Notes: generated from the letters alone by a model not told the origin. DNA of 64,000 nucleotides from Thermodesulfobacteriota bacterium (GCA_034189385.1 JAXHVD010000003.1:96001-160000); one strand, 5' to 3'. Numbered from the stretch's first letter, positions 39,373-49,682 are shown. Program-made: numbers and translations.

Positions 39373-39388
39373 TGCATAAACAATGCCA
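39373..39388 (-). promoter_or_regulatory. Sigma54 (-24/-12) promoter
   Basis: Minus strand TGGCATTGTTTATGCA has GG-N10-GC spacing, 27 nt upstream of the ATG at 39345. Confidence 0.65.
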
Positions 39389-39926
39389 ATGCCTGCGAGG
39401 GGGCTGTTTTCTCTAAAAACGGTTCAAATACAGTATATTATATATGATTTGCCTGCGGCTGTTGACGTGCCTGTGGACACAAAATGAGTGAAAATCCCTA
39501 AGAAGAATAGCCCAACTCTATCAAATTGAAACCGCATCGCATCTGGCCTTGTCTTTTTTCACCCTGATCCTCTGGTTGCCCTACGAGACCGGTGGCCCTC
39601 CCTTGTTCTGAGACCTTTAACGCAGAACCCTTTCAAGCGTTCATCGTAGGCTTTTTGGGGTATCCATCCCGCTGAGGTGAGCGGCCCACAAGAGCGGGCA
39701 ACTCGTAAACTCTTTGGGGCTGTTGGGCAAGTCCTCTCAATTCAGGGACTAAAGTCGAAGAAGGGTAAAGAAGCTCATAGAAAGAAAAAGCGGTGCAAAG
39801 GGTTCTATGCAGATATGGCAGTCATCATAGATGAAGTCGGTCGCTGGGTTGCCTTCTAGGTGGCCCAATTTGAGGCACACATGTGGTGGGATGCTGGGAA
39901 GACAGCCAAAGGCCCTTTGGCTGTCT

Positions 39927-41753
39927 CTAGTCTACTCGAAAAATCTGTCCAGGATATATCTTTGACCTGGGAGTCAGGTCATTGAGGCTGAGAAATCGCT
40001 CCAGTTTCATCTGGTGTTCCATGGCTATCTGAAAGGGACTGTCACCGGTCTTGACCCGATAGGTCTTGGCCCCCTTCGGCGAGGCCGCTCCAGGGCTCCC
40101 CTTGGCAATGACCAGCTCTTGGCCAATGTGCAAGCGGGGGCTCTTAAGGTTGTTCAGGCGCATTATCTCTTTGATGTTCGTATGATAACGTCGCGCCAAT
40201 AACCACAGGGAGTCACCCCGCTTGACGCGGTATCGAATGTTCTTTGAAACGCCGTAACCGACGGTTCCGCCGGCCCTGGCATAGGCAAGGCCTCCGCCTC
40301 TCATCGGTATTCTCAACCGTTGTCCTACGGTGATGTAATCTTCTTTTCGCAGGTTGTTCGCCTTCATAAGGGCACCGACAGTGGTACGGTACCGAGAAGC
40401 CAGACTGGAGAGCGTGTCGCCCTGGCGCACCATGTGGTAGGCGTAGTATCTCCTGGGCGGCGTGTAGATAGGGATCTCCCCCAGCTTGGCCGCGAGAACC
40501 GTTTTTTGTCCCTTTGGAACCTTGAGCTCGTAAGTCCTAGGTGGGGTTACTTTATAGCGGAGCTCTGGGTTCAGGCGCTCAAGGGTTGTGTTAGGTATGT
40601 TTAAGGTATCGGCGATGTCCTTCAAACGCAACTGGACGGAAACAGGGACTAAATCATAGGCCATTGGGGCGTCTGAGGGTTTCAAATCAAAACCCAATGC
40701 CTTTGGATCATTGATGATATGCAGCGCTGCAAGATACCGGGGGACATAGCTAGCCGTTTCCCGGGGCAGCCTGTCATAAAGGTCCCAGAAGTTGTCAAGA
40801 TAGTTGATGTTCTGATTGCGGATCACCTTGAGGACCCTCGCCTCCCCACAGTTATAAGCCGCAAGGACCGTGCACCAGTCGCCAAATATCCTGTGAAGCT
40901 CTTGAAGATAGCTAACAGCGGCCTGAGTGGACTTTCGTACATCCATCCTCTCGTCTATCCACTGGTCCCGCTTGAGTCCGAACTTGTAGCCGGTAGACGG
41001 TATGAACTGCCATAGACCGAGTGCCCGAGCCCGGGACAGGGCCTTCACCTTAAACCCGCTTTCAATGAGAGGAAGCCAGGAAATCTCCGTTGGAAGTCCT
41101 GCCTCCTTCAGCGCCTCTACGATCTCGCTACGGTATCTTCCAGAGCGCCTAAAGGCGTCCTCAAAGAATCTCCTTTCCGGCCCCTTGAACCGCTTGATTT
41201 CTTTTTCGATATGCCGGTTCATGATCATGGGGATAGCATGGTGGTTGCCGTTGGCCACTGTGTGCTGAGACGTGTAGATCTCAAGCATCCGCTTGCAAAT
41301 CATGAACCGTATGTCTTCTTTCTGTTGCATCAACTTCGAGTCTTCGTTGGAGCGCACCTCCAGGATCAGGTGATAGGCCTCGTCCAGTGAGGCAATGGCG
41401 TTTTCAAAATTGCCCTGTCCCCAGTAGTCCTGTGACGCCCGACAAAACTCCAAGGCCTCGTCTAGGGTCTGCTGGGCCCCTTTGATCTGTCCTGTCTCCT
41501 GGGTATTCTGGGCACCGGGCGGCGCCGGCGCCTCCTCCCTGTTTAGATCTGCCCCATCCACCATGGGCTGCGCTTCTATGAGGTCGGGACACGGGGCAGG
41601 GCTGCTCACTTGCTCCACGTAGACTGCGGGCTGCACTGAAGCCGTGGATTGGAAATCTGCCCGTCGTAGCGGGGCCTTCTGCCAGGGTAAAGCACAGGCA
41701 GCCATGACACAGGCAACGGGCACAAGTATCATTTGCCTCAAATGGAACGTCAT
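39927..41753 (-). CDS. mltD: Membrane-bound lytic murein transglycosylase D-like (SLT domain plus LysM repeats)
   Basis: Lipobox MAAC; IESGF, GLWQFIP, AAYNCGE, ET..YVP; three C-terminal LysM repeats (GDTL, GDSL, GDSP). Confidence 0.85.
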   Translation of the reverse strand: MTFHLRQMILVPVACVMAACALPWQKAPLRRADFQSTASVQPAVYVEQVSSPAPCPDLIEAQPMVDGADLNREEAPAPPGAQNTQETGQIKGAQQTLDEALEFCRASQDYWGQGNFENAIASLDEAYHLILEVRSNEDSKLMQQKEDIRFMICKRMLEIYTSQHTVANGNHHAIPMIMNRHIEKEIKRFKGPERRFFEDAFRRSGRYRSEIVEALKEAGLPTEISWLPLIESGFKVKALSRARALGLWQFIPSTGYKFGLKRDQWIDERMDVRKSTQAAVSYLQELHRIFGDWCTVLAAYNCGEARVLKVIRNQNINYLDNFWDLYDRLPRETASYVPRYLAALHIINDPKALGFDLKPSDAPMAYDLVPVSVQLRLKDIADTLNIPNTTLERLNPELRYKVTPPRTYELKVPKGQKTVLAAKLGEIPIYTPPRRYYAYHMVRQGDTLSSLASRYRTTVGALMKANNLRKEDYITVGQRLRIPMRGGGLAYARAGGTVGYGVSKNIRYRVKRGDSLWLLARRYHTNIKEIMRLNNLKSPRLHIGQELVIAKGSPGAASPKGAKTYRVKTGDSPFQIAMEHQMKLERFLSLNDLTPRSKIYPGQIFRVD

Positions 41754-41894
41754 TCCCAGTCCCTTCATGTGGTCTGATGGTCCCTTCACGGAAAAACCCC
41801 TACAACGAGGTAAGGGTTCAAGTCATCTGAAAAATTTGTTAACAGTGGGCCCATTGGTTGTCAACCCTTTCTCCTTTCGGGCCAGGCCATCCTT

Positions 41895-43568
41895 CTAGGC
41901 TGTGACTGTAACAGCCTGTTGCGCACCATGACAGGTGACACCCCTTTTAAGACGTCTTACGTGCCACTCAATTCTATCCAGAAGAGGCCCAAGGGCCTTT
42001 TCGTCATGGGCTGAGATGGGAATGCCGTCCAACCTGCGGGTCCACTTCCTCACCGAGATGGGATCCACAAGGTCTTGTTTGTTGAGAACCCTTAAGACTC
42101 GAATCTCATCTAGATGCAGGTTTTCAAGGATCTGTTCCACAGATTTCACCTGATGCTCACATCTCGGGTTGCTGATGTCGATCACATGTATGAGAAGGTC
42201 TGCGTCTTCCAGTTCTTCAAGGGTGGCACGAAAGGCTGTGATGAGTTCCCGTGGCAGCTCTCGAATGAAACCGACCGTGTCTGTAATGATGACCTCGGCC
42301 TCCTTTGGAAGTCTTTTCTTCCGGCTCGTGGGATCCAGGGTGGCAAAGAGCCTGCTTTCAGCCAGCACGGAGCTGCGGGTAAGGGTGTTTAAAAGCGTTG
42401 ACTTGCCCGCATTCGTGTATCCGATGATCGACAAAATGGGCAGCCCCTTCTTGTTCCGCTTGGCCCGTCTCTGGGCCCGTTGTTTTTGGACAGAGGCAAG
42501 AGACTTCTCCAGATGGACGATGCGATCCCGAACACGGCGCCGATCAATCTCCAGCTTCGTCTCCCCTGGTCCCCGGCCGCCTATGCCACCGGTGAGACGA
42601 GACATGGCTGTGCCCTTTCCGGTGAGCCTGGGGAGGAGATACTTGAGCTGAGCCAATTCCACCTGAATCTTCCCTTCGCGACTCCTGGCCCGTCGGGCAA
42701 AGATATCCAAAATGAGCTGTGTTCGGTCTATCACCTTTAACGCCGTCAGGTCCGCAATGGATCGCACTTGTGAAGGGTTCAACTCTTGGTCAAAAATGAG
42801 AAGGTCGGCCCCTTTCTGGAGGGCCAGAATCACCAGTTCGCTCAGTTTACCTTGTCCCATGAGAAACCGAGGATCTGCCCGGCGCCGGTGTTGAATCACC
42901 GCGTCCACCACGGCGATCTGTGAAGATTCTGCCAGCTCCCTGAGCTCGGCCATGGAATCTTCGGCCACACGCCTTGGGGCTGTCGTCACGCCTATGAGGA
43001 CAGCCCGTTGCCAGGCCCCTTTCACCCTCTGGGCTGGCAGCTTCCGTGCAAACTCAGACTCTAGGGACCGGATCAGGCCGTAACAGTCCATGTCCAGTTG
43101 GCTCAGTCCCAGAGGGGGAAGGATTTCCCAATTGGCGCCATTGACCCCTTCGGGAAGGAGGTGAGCAGCATGAATGCTGTGGGGCCGGCCCTGTTTGTCC
43201 ACCGTGATAGCAGCCATGAGGTCCAGATTCAGAAGGGCCAGGTCCATCAGGTCATCCTGTGTCAGGGGTTCCTGTTGGAGATGGGTGTGGACACAACGAA
43301 GGCCCTTTAGGCGCCCTCCGCCCGAACGATACTTTTCCAGATTTGGGATCATGATCTGCTGGTAGGTGCCGACCAGGACAAAAGCGATCCAGCCCCGGCG
43401 ATCGATCAGCAGACCGATCTGGCGGCGGATCTCAAAAGAGAGCTGACAGACGGCCTTGGTGAGCTCTGGCGAGACAATGTAAGCCGGCAGAGTTCTTCGA
43501 CGATAAAGGTTGTTGAGGCGGCGGACCTGGCTTGCCTTAAGCCCGCCAACATTGCCATGAACTTTGAT
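41895..43568 (-). CDS. hflX: Ribosome-splitting GTPase HflX (long N-terminal form)
   Basis: LILDIFA.RA, QVELAQL.Y, RGPGETKLE.DRR, GYTNAGKST, FATLDPT, DTVGFI, NKQD; start uncertain (ATC 43568 or TTG 43601). Confidence 0.95.
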   Translation of the reverse strand: MKVHGNVGGLKASQVRRLNNLYRRRTLPAYIVSPELTKAVCQLSFEIRRQIGLLIDRRGWIAFVLVGTYQQIMIPNLEKYRSGGGRLKGLRCVHTHLQQEPLTQDDLMDLALLNLDLMAAITVDKQGRPHSIHAAHLLPEGVNGANWEILPPLGLSQLDMDCYGLIRSLESEFARKLPAQRVKGAWQRAVLIGVTTAPRRVAEDSMAELRELAESSQIAVVDAVIQHRRRADPRFLMGQGKLSELVILALQKGADLLIFDQELNPSQVRSIADLTALKVIDRTQLILDIFARRARSREGKIQVELAQLKYLLPRLTGKGTAMSRLTGGIGGRGPGETKLEIDRRRVRDRIVHLEKSLASVQKQRAQRRAKRNKKGLPILSIIGYTNAGKSTLLNTLTRSSVLAESRLFATLDPTSRKKRLPKEAEVIITDTVGFIRELPRELITAFRATLEELEDADLLIHVIDISNPRCEHQVKSVEQILENLHLDEIRVLRVLNKQDLVDPISVRKWTRRLDGIPISAHDEKALGPLLDRIEWHVRRLKRGVTCHGAQQAVTVTA

Positions 43569-43844
43569 TATTCGCCCCCGAATCAGAAGGGTTAGATACA
43601 ATGATCCATCGCAAAGGCCACAAATATTATTATATGTTACACCCTATAAGCGCAATGATGCAAGATCATTCCACAGCCTTTCAACAAGCCGAAACGGCCA
43701 CCATCTTCATGGGGTTGCCCTAAAAGCGTCCATGATACCGCCTGCCAAGGGCATAGGGGAGGTTAACTTCCTAATAGGAATCAATTGCGGTGAGTGGGCC
43801 AACAGGGTGGTGGCCCATCGCTAGGCGGTCTTGGGTTCGAGAGA

Positions 43845-45203
43845 CTATGCCAATGCGGACTCCACCTCTGGCGCCAGGTTCTCAAAACGGGTGTATTGCT
43901 CCAAAAAGGCGAGCCTTGCCGTGCCGATGGGGCCATTTCGCTGTTTGGCCAAGATGAGTTCTGCGATATCGTTACGGTTATCTTCGTCTTTGTTGTAGAC
44001 CTTGTCCCGGTAAATGAAGATGATCACATCTGCATCCTGCTCAATAGCGCCCGATTCCCTTAGATCAGAAAGTACGGGCCGCTTGTTGGTGCGCTCTTCC
44101 ACCTTGCGGTTGAGCTGCGACAGCGCCACCACCGGGATCTGAAGTTCCTTGGCCAAAGCCTTCAAAGACCTTGAGATCTCAGATATCTCCAACTCACGCC
44201 GCTCAGCCGAACGCCGCCCTCTCATAAGCTGAAGGTAGTCTATCACAATGAGACCGAGGGCCCTTTCCATCTTCATGCGGCGGGCCTTGGCCCGGATCTC
44301 CAAGGCAGAGATGGCCGGCGAGTCATCGATGTACAGGGGGATGTCATAAAGGGCACCGGCAGCCCGGTTGATCTTTGCCAGGTCTCCCTCACTCAAGAAC
44401 CCCCCCCTCATTCTTGACGAATCCACCCGGGCCTCTGCAGAAAGCATCCGAAGGGAGAGCTGTTCCTTTGACATTTCCAGGGAGAAGATGGCCGAAGGCT
44501 CTTCCGTTTCCAGGCTTGCATTGCGGGCAATGTTTAAGGCAAGGGCAGTCTTACCCATGCTTGGGCGGCCTGCAATGACAATGAAATCCCCTGCCTGAAA
44601 CCCCGAGGTCTTTTCGTCAAGTCCCCGAAATCCCGTGGGGACCCCCGTAACAAGGGCCTTGTTCTCGTAGGCATCCTCCACCGCCTTGTAAGTCTCTGTC
44701 AGGATGTCCCCCAAGGAATAGAAGGACGGTTTCACCTTGTTTTCCGAGATATCAAATATGCTGCGCTCGGCAAAGTCCAGGATCTCTTCCACGTCCCCTC
44801 TGTCATCAAAGCATCGGGTGGTAATGCCCGCAGCACGCTCGATAAGACGTCTTAAGGTGGCCTTCTCCTGCACTATTCTGGCATAATGGGAGGCATTGAC
44901 GGCCATAGGTACGGCATCCACCAACTCGGCAAGATAGGAAGCCCCCCCTAAGGGTTCCAGTTCGCCCCGCTCCTTTAAGAGATTGGTGACGGTTACCAGG
45001 TCCGCTGGCTCGTTTCTCTCAAAGAGCTCTATCATGGCCTTGAATATCTTGCGATGTGCCTCGCGGTAGAAGTCCTGGTCGGAAAGGATTTCCAACACTT
45101 CTGGCAGGGTATTGTTTTCGATCAATATGGCGCTCAGAATCGATTGCTCTGCCTCAACATTGTGAGGTGGCACCTTCTGGAGCCATGGATCGTCAGTAGT
45201 CAT
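43845..45203 (-). CDS. dnaB: Replicative DNA helicase
   Basis: PPHN.EAEQS, GRPSMGKT, FSLEM, DYLQL, LSQLNR, SDLRESGAIEQDAD, KQRNGP; no intein. Confidence 0.98.
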   Translation of the reverse strand: MTTDDPWLQKVPPHNVEAEQSILSAILIENNTLPEVLEILSDQDFYREAHRKIFKAMIELFERNEPADLVTVTNLLKERGELEPLGGASYLAELVDAVPMAVNASHYARIVQEKATLRRLIERAAGITTRCFDDRGDVEEILDFAERSIFDISENKVKPSFYSLGDILTETYKAVEDAYENKALVTGVPTGFRGLDEKTSGFQAGDFIVIAGRPSMGKTALALNIARNASLETEEPSAIFSLEMSKEQLSLRMLSAEARVDSSRMRGGFLSEGDLAKINRAAGALYDIPLYIDDSPAISALEIRAKARRMKMERALGLIVIDYLQLMRGRRSAERRELEISEISRSLKALAKELQIPVVALSQLNRKVEERTNKRPVLSDLRESGAIEQDADVIIFIYRDKVYNKDEDNRNDIAELILAKQRNGPIGTARLAFLEQYTRFENLAPEVESALA

Positions 45204-45208
45204 GGGGC

Positions 45209-45655
45209 TTACTCTTCTGCGACCACTTTCACCGTGATTTCCGGCTTGACATCAGGATGGAGCTGAACAGGCACAATATAGGATCCCAGGGTCTTAATCG
45301 GCTCTGATAGCATCACCATTCTCTTTTCCACCTCAAGGCCCTGGGCCAGCAACTGATCGGTCACATCCCGTGTCGTAACGGAACCATAGAGACGGTCCTC
45401 TTCGGAGACCTTCGCCGAAATCGTGCATACGGCCCCCTGGATCTTCTCAGCCAAGGCCTCGGCCATGCCCTTGTCCTTTACGGCCCTGAGCTCCAGTTTC
45501 TTCTTTTCCTGTTCCACCAGCTTCCGATTTCCCGGTGTGGCCAAGACAGCCTTGTTCTGGGGAACAAGGTAGTTCCTGGCATATCCGTCGGCAACGGTAA
45601 CCTCGTCTCCAACGGTGCCAAGGGAATCAATCGTCTCTCTCAGTATCACTTTCAT
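45209..45655 (-). CDS. rplI: 50S ribosomal protein L9
   Basis: MKVIL, V.VADGYARNYL.P, LYGSVT, PIKTLG, LHP.V. Confidence 0.97.
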   Translation of the reverse strand: MKVILRETIDSLGTVGDEVTVADGYARNYLVPQNKAVLATPGNRKLVEQEKKKLELRAVKDKGMAEALAEKIQGAVCTISAKVSEEDRLYGSVTTRDVTDQLLAQGLEVEKRMVMLSEPIKTLGSYIVPVQLHPDVKPEITVKVVAEE

Positions 45656-46613
45656 TCTTGTTGTCCACTCCTTTTCTCGTTCGCCTAAAATCGATCCATA
45701 TATCAAAAAAGCCCGCTGCAATGACCAGTAGAAGGACCACCTGCTGAAGGGCGATGAGCCCGTATAGAATACCTCGCAGTATTCGGGGAAACTGTTTTTT
45801 CTCAAAATAGAAAGAGCAGATGGCAATACCCTGGAAAAAGTATATCATCATCATAACGAGCAAGCCATTGACGCCAAAGAGCTTCACGCCTTCATGGGGC
45901 ACAAGGAGCAAGACGCCTGCCCCAATGGCCACCCACACCAAAGGCTCTGGCGCCCGCCACTCGTTGAGCGTGCCAAAATCAGGACAGAAAAGCCGCCGGC
46001 TCTGCAACAGCGGCCGCGCCAGAAGCAGGTTACTCCAGACCACAAAAAGGGTAGAGACAATGACCACAGCAGGCATCAGGCGGAGCATCACATAGTGAAT
46101 TCCCTCCAAAGACTCGGCAGAGATCACGATGCCCTCGTCAGAGACATCCATGTCCCTGTACATGGCCAGGACCAGTTCAAGGTTTTCATGAAGATAATCC
46201 GATACAAGGCCCCACAGGCTCTTCGTAGAAACCAGCCCATAGACAGCCAACATGAGTGCCCCTGATGCAATGACCACACCTGTGGTCACGGCCACTGTTT
46301 TCTCCAAAGACAAGTTCATGGCAAACATCTCAGAGAGGACAAGCCCCACCAGGCCCAGTTCAAAAAAGAACACAGCCGAGGGTATGGAACGCCAGCCCAT
46401 CATGGAAGCAACGATGAGGGTGACAGCAATCAGGATCAATGCACCCCAAGAACGTCCCAGTTTCGACCGGTAAAAGAGAACAGGTAGGGGAAGAAACAAA
46501 CTTGCCACCACGCCAAAGACCGGTAGATATACTCCGGCCAGGGCAATCAAGCTGGTAATGGCAGTGGCCGCGAAAAACTCCTTGTGGGGTTCACTGTGGG
46601 TCATATGGCTCAC
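45627..46613 (-). CDS. YybS/DUF2232 family membrane protein
   Basis: Multi-TM; PLPV, W..PE.LVW, YFFQG.A, GFFD.W.DFR; conserved position between rpsR and rplI. Confidence 0.88.
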   Translation of the reverse strand: MSHMTHSEPHKEFFAATAITSLIALAGVYLPVFGVVASLFLPLPVLFYRSKLGRSWGALILIAVTLIVASMMGWRSIPSAVFFFELGLVGLVLSEMFAMNLSLEKTVAVTTGVVIASGALMLAVYGLVSTKSLWGLVSDYLHENLELVLAMYRDMDVSDEGIVISAESLEGIHYVMLRLMPAVVIVSTLFVVWSNLLLARPLLQSRRLFCPDFGTLNEWRAPEPLVWVAIGAGVLLLVPHEGVKLFGVNGLLVMMMIYFFQGIAICSFYFEKKQFPRILRGILYGLIALQQVVLLLVIAAGFFDIWIDFRRTRKGVDNKNESDTERDD

Positions 46614-46764
46614 AAGGGACCATCCTTGTTATTGAACACAAAGCGTGCTTCCTATTAGGTGGCACCCCATACCCCTGCGCCAGCACATGGAAAGTCTCTT
46701 GAAAACCAATGGGAAGGGCGTCACCCTCCATGGTTTGCAGGGCCCTCACTGGCAACCCGAGCCA

Positions 46765-47016
46765 TCAGTAGTGGCTCAGGGTTGCAGCATATGGCATCAG
46801 TGCGATACTCCGTGCCCGCTTAATAGCAGTGGTGACCTGGCGCTGGTGCTTGGCACAATTGCCTGATATTCGCCTAGGTATAATCTTTCCGCGCTCCGTG
46901 GTAAAGAGCCTAAGCGTTCGTGGATTCTTATAATCGATGGCCAGGCTGCTGTCCGCACAGAAACGGCACACCTTTCTCCTGCCGAAGGTTCTTCTCCGTC
47001 TTTTAAACCTCGCCAT
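46765..47016 (-). CDS. rpsR: 30S ribosomal protein S18 (Zn-binding form)
   Basis: [37 protein letters not shown]. Confidence 0.98.
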   Translation of the reverse strand: MARFKRRRRTFGRRKVCRFCADSSLAIDYKNPRTLRLFTTERGKIIPRRISGNCAKHQRQVTTAIKRARSIALMPYAATLSHY

Positions 47017-47488
47017 TAGCGGGCGCCTCCTCGTCGCCAGACTCTGGTGTATCTGTTGCTGCTTTCACATCATCCGCCGCGGGTTCTGTCTGTGCGCTCT
47101 GTTCCTCTTCTCCTCCAGATGGTGTTTCCTCCGGCGCTGCATCCGGCCTCGACGCCTCCCGGGCCGCTGCCATCTCAGCCTGCATGGCCGCCACATCCAC
47201 CTCTTCTGCTGTGCACACCGTCATGTATTTCAGGAATCGCTCATCGAGACTCATGTTTCGTTCAAGCTCTTTGACCAAGGCTCCGTCTCCGCAAAAATCT
47301 GTGAGGACATAGTATCCCCGCGTCTGCTTCTTGACCACATAAGCAAGACTCTTAAGGCCCCACTCATCAAACTTGACGAGAAGTCCTTGTCCGTCTGAGA
47401 TGATCTTCGTGAGTTTGTCGAAAAGGGGTTGGCGGTCTTCCTGGGAAAGGGAAGGGCTTGCTATAAAGACATTCTCATACCTTCTCAT
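47003..47488 (-). CDS. rpsF: 30S ribosomal protein S6 with acidic C-terminal extension
   Basis: MRRYE..FI..P, EWG...LAY..KK..RGYY, ELER. Confidence 0.96.
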   Translation of the reverse strand: MRRYENVFIASPSLSQEDRQPLFDKLTKIISDGQGLLVKFDEWGLKSLAYVVKKQTRGYYVLTDFCGDGALVKELERNMSLDERFLKYMTVCTAEEVDVAAMQAEMAAAREASRPDAAPEETPSGGEEEQSAQTEPAADDVKAATDTPESGDEEAPANGEV

Positions 47489-47492
47489 AGGT

Positions 47493-47538
47493 CCTCCTTC
47501 TGGGTTTATTAGCCCCGGTCCAGCCCGGAGCAAGGAGA
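47493..47538 (-). promoter_or_regulatory. S6:S18 autoregulatory mRNA leader
   Basis: Minus strand CUCCUUGCUCCGG...CCGGGGCUAAUAAACCCAGAAGGAGG: CUCCUU pairs with the SD, with an inner hairpin and unpaired CCC/CCA, as in the known rpsF leader. Confidence 0.75.
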
Positions 47539-47557
47539 CAAACAATAAGACCTCAAA

Positions 47558-47587
47558 AATCTACATGGCCCTGTCCTTTCTTGTCAA
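47558..47587 (-). promoter_or_regulatory. Sigma70-type promoter of the rpsF operon
   Basis: TTGACA-18 nt-TAGATT on the minus strand. Confidence 0.55.
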
Positions 47588-47770
47588 GCGGTTTTTGCTC
47601 CCGTCCTTCCATGGCCCCACCATGGCAATTCGATCACAAGACCGGAAGCTGGAACAGCCAAGATCAAACAACCGCTGGCCAAACCACCTGGAAGCCCCCT
47701 TTAAAGCGTGCTATAAAAACATCCATCAGACATGCCCTTATGGGTCTTTTGGCAAAAGGGGGAGGATGGG

Positions 47771-48190
47771 GTGCCCCGCGAGTACGAATACATCGAACAT
47801 ACAGGCGATCTGGGGTTCAAGGCTTACGGGAAAACGCTCCAGGAACTCTTTATCAATGCTGCCAGGGCCCTCTTTCACGTCCTGGTCTCCCCTGAGACCA
47901 TCGAGGAAAAAGAAAAAAGGGGCGTCACCGTGGAAGCGGCGGCTCTGGACGAGCTCATGGTCAGCTGGCTCGGAGAGCTTCTCTATCTTTTTGACACCCA
48001 GGGCCTCTTGCTGAAGGGATTTGAGATAAAGACGTTGACGGAAAACCGCTTGGAGGCCACTGTTAGGGGCGAGACCATGGACCTTCGGCGCCATGAGATC
48101 AAGACAGGCATTAAGGCCATCACCTATCACCAGCTCTATGTGAGAGAAGAAAACGGTCTCTGGAAGGCCCAGGTAATCCTTGACCTGTGA
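47771..48190 (+). CDS. Archease (RtcB activator)
   Basis: YEYIEHTGD, ELF.NAA.AL, WL.ELLY, IKAITYH, A.VILDL; GTG start after GGAGG; directly upstream of rtcB. Confidence 0.92.
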   Translation: MPREYEYIEHTGDLGFKAYGKTLQELFINAARALFHVLVSPETIEEKEKRGVTVEAAALDELMVSWLGELLYLFDTQGLLLKGFEIKTLTENRLEATVRGETMDLRRHEIKTGIKAITYHQLYVREENGLWKAQVILDL

Positions 48191-48218
48191 ACCGTCTCCA
48201 CCCGAGGAGGTGAACGCC

Positions 48219-49667
48219 ATGGCAGATGACATAAGGGTAGAAAAAATAGACGATTTTAGATGGCTCATTCCAAGAACCGGCAGGATGAGGACCGAAGGGC
48301 TGGTCTATGCAGATGAGACCATGCTGGCCGCCATCAAGAAGGATGCGAGCCTCCAACAGGTGGCCAATGTGGCCTGCCTTCCCGGCATCGTCGGTCGATC
48401 TATGGCCATGCCGGACATACACTGGGGGTACGGGTTTCCCATTGGTGGCGTGGCAGCCTTTGACATGGACGAGGGCATCATTTCCCCTGGAGGCGTCGGC
48501 TACGACATCAACTGTGGCGTTAGGCTCCTTCGCTCCAGTCTGGAGGCCAAGGAAATCAAGGACCACATCCCCACACTGGTAAACGCCTTGTTTAGAAATA
48601 TCCCTTCAGGCGTGGGGTCCCGGCGCAAGGACCTGAAACTCTCTGCTAAACAAATGGATGAGGTCCTTGCCAAAGGGGTCAAGTGGGCCCTTTCTCATGG
48701 ATATGGGACCGCAGCAGATCTTCAGCATATAGAAGAAGAGGGCTGCATTGCCGGCGCCCGCCCGGACTATGTCTCTGAAAGGGCCTGTAAACGGGGAAAA
48801 GAGCAACTCGGCACCCTGGGTTCAGGGAATCACTTTGTGGAAGTCGGTTTTGTGGAAGAGCTTTACGACGAGGCTGCTGCCACGGCCCTGTCTCTGTTCA
48901 GAGGCCAGATGACCGTGATCGTACACACCGGCTCCAGGGGGTTGGGACACCAAGTCTGCGACGACTATATCAAACGAATGCTCACAGCCTCTGGCAAGTA
49001 CAACATACATCTGCCCGACAAACAGCTCTGCTGCGCCCCTCTCACCTCCAAGGAAAGCCGGCAGTATCTTGCAGCCATGGCCTGTGCGGCGAATTTCGCC
49101 TTCTGCAACCGTCAGACCATTACCCACTGGGTCCGGGAGACCTTTCAACAGGTGTTGGCAATGGGACCCAACGACCTGGAGCTGGATCTTGTCTACGATG
49201 TCTGTCACAACATGGCCAAGATAGAGACCCATAAGGTGGACGGAAAAGAGCGGAAGCTATGCGTTCACCGCAAGGGGGCCACGAGGGCCTTTCCTCCCCA
49301 CTCTAGACTCATCCCAGAGGCCTATCAACAGGTGGGGCAACCTGTTTTGATCCCCGGAGACATGGGCCGGTACTCCTATGTGCTGGTGGGCACTGAAGGG
49401 GCCATGAAGGAAACTTTTGGCAGCACCTGCCACGGGGCCGGGCGAAGGCTCAGCAGACACCAGGCCAAAAAGGTCGCCAAAGGCCGGGCCATTGTGAGGG
49501 AACTTGAAGATCAGGGCATTTATGTCCGTGGGGCAGGCAAAGGAACCATCAGCGAGGAGATATCGGAGGCCTATAAGGATGTGAGCGACGTGGTAAACGT
49601 GGTCCATCATGCAGGAATAGGCAAGAAGGTGGCCAAGCTCAGACCCATGGGGGTAATTAAGGGATAA
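48219..49667 (+). CDS. rtcB: RNA ligase RtcB (3'-phosphate/5'-OH), long archaeal/eukaryotic-like form
   Basis: MPD.HWGYGFPIGGV, GGVGYDINCGVR, GNHF.E, HTGSRG, HN.AK, HRKGATRAF, STCHGAGR, AYKDV, VIKG. Confidence 0.96.
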   Translation: MADDIRVEKIDDFRWLIPRTGRMRTEGLVYADETMLAAIKKDASLQQVANVACLPGIVGRSMAMPDIHWGYGFPIGGVAAFDMDEGIISPGGVGYDINCGVRLLRSSLEAKEIKDHIPTLVNALFRNIPSGVGSRRKDLKLSAKQMDEVLAKGVKWALSHGYGTAADLQHIEEEGCIAGARPDYVSERACKRGKEQLGTLGSGNHFVEVGFVEELYDEAAATALSLFRGQMTVIVHTGSRGLGHQVCDDYIKRMLTASGKYNIHLPDKQLCCAPLTSKESRQYLAAMACAANFAFCNRQTITHWVRETFQQVLAMGPNDLELDLVYDVCHNMAKIETHKVDGKERKLCVHRKGATRAFPPHSRLIPEAYQQVGQPVLIPGDMGRYSYVLVGTEGAMKETFGSTCHGAGRRLSRHQAKKVAKGRAIVRELEDQGIYVRGAGKGTISEEISEAYKDVSDVVNVVHHAGIGKKVAKLRPMGVIKG

Positions 49668-49682
49668 GAAGGGGGCGAGGAT

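Noticed and set aside
41810..41830. GGTTCAAGTC T-loop-like motif (also GGTTCGAG near 43835)
   Set aside because: No cloverleaf, acceptor stem or D-arm can be built; not a tRNA.
43845..45203. Intein in DnaB or RtcB (common hosts)
   Set aside because: Both proteins are normal length with contiguous motifs.
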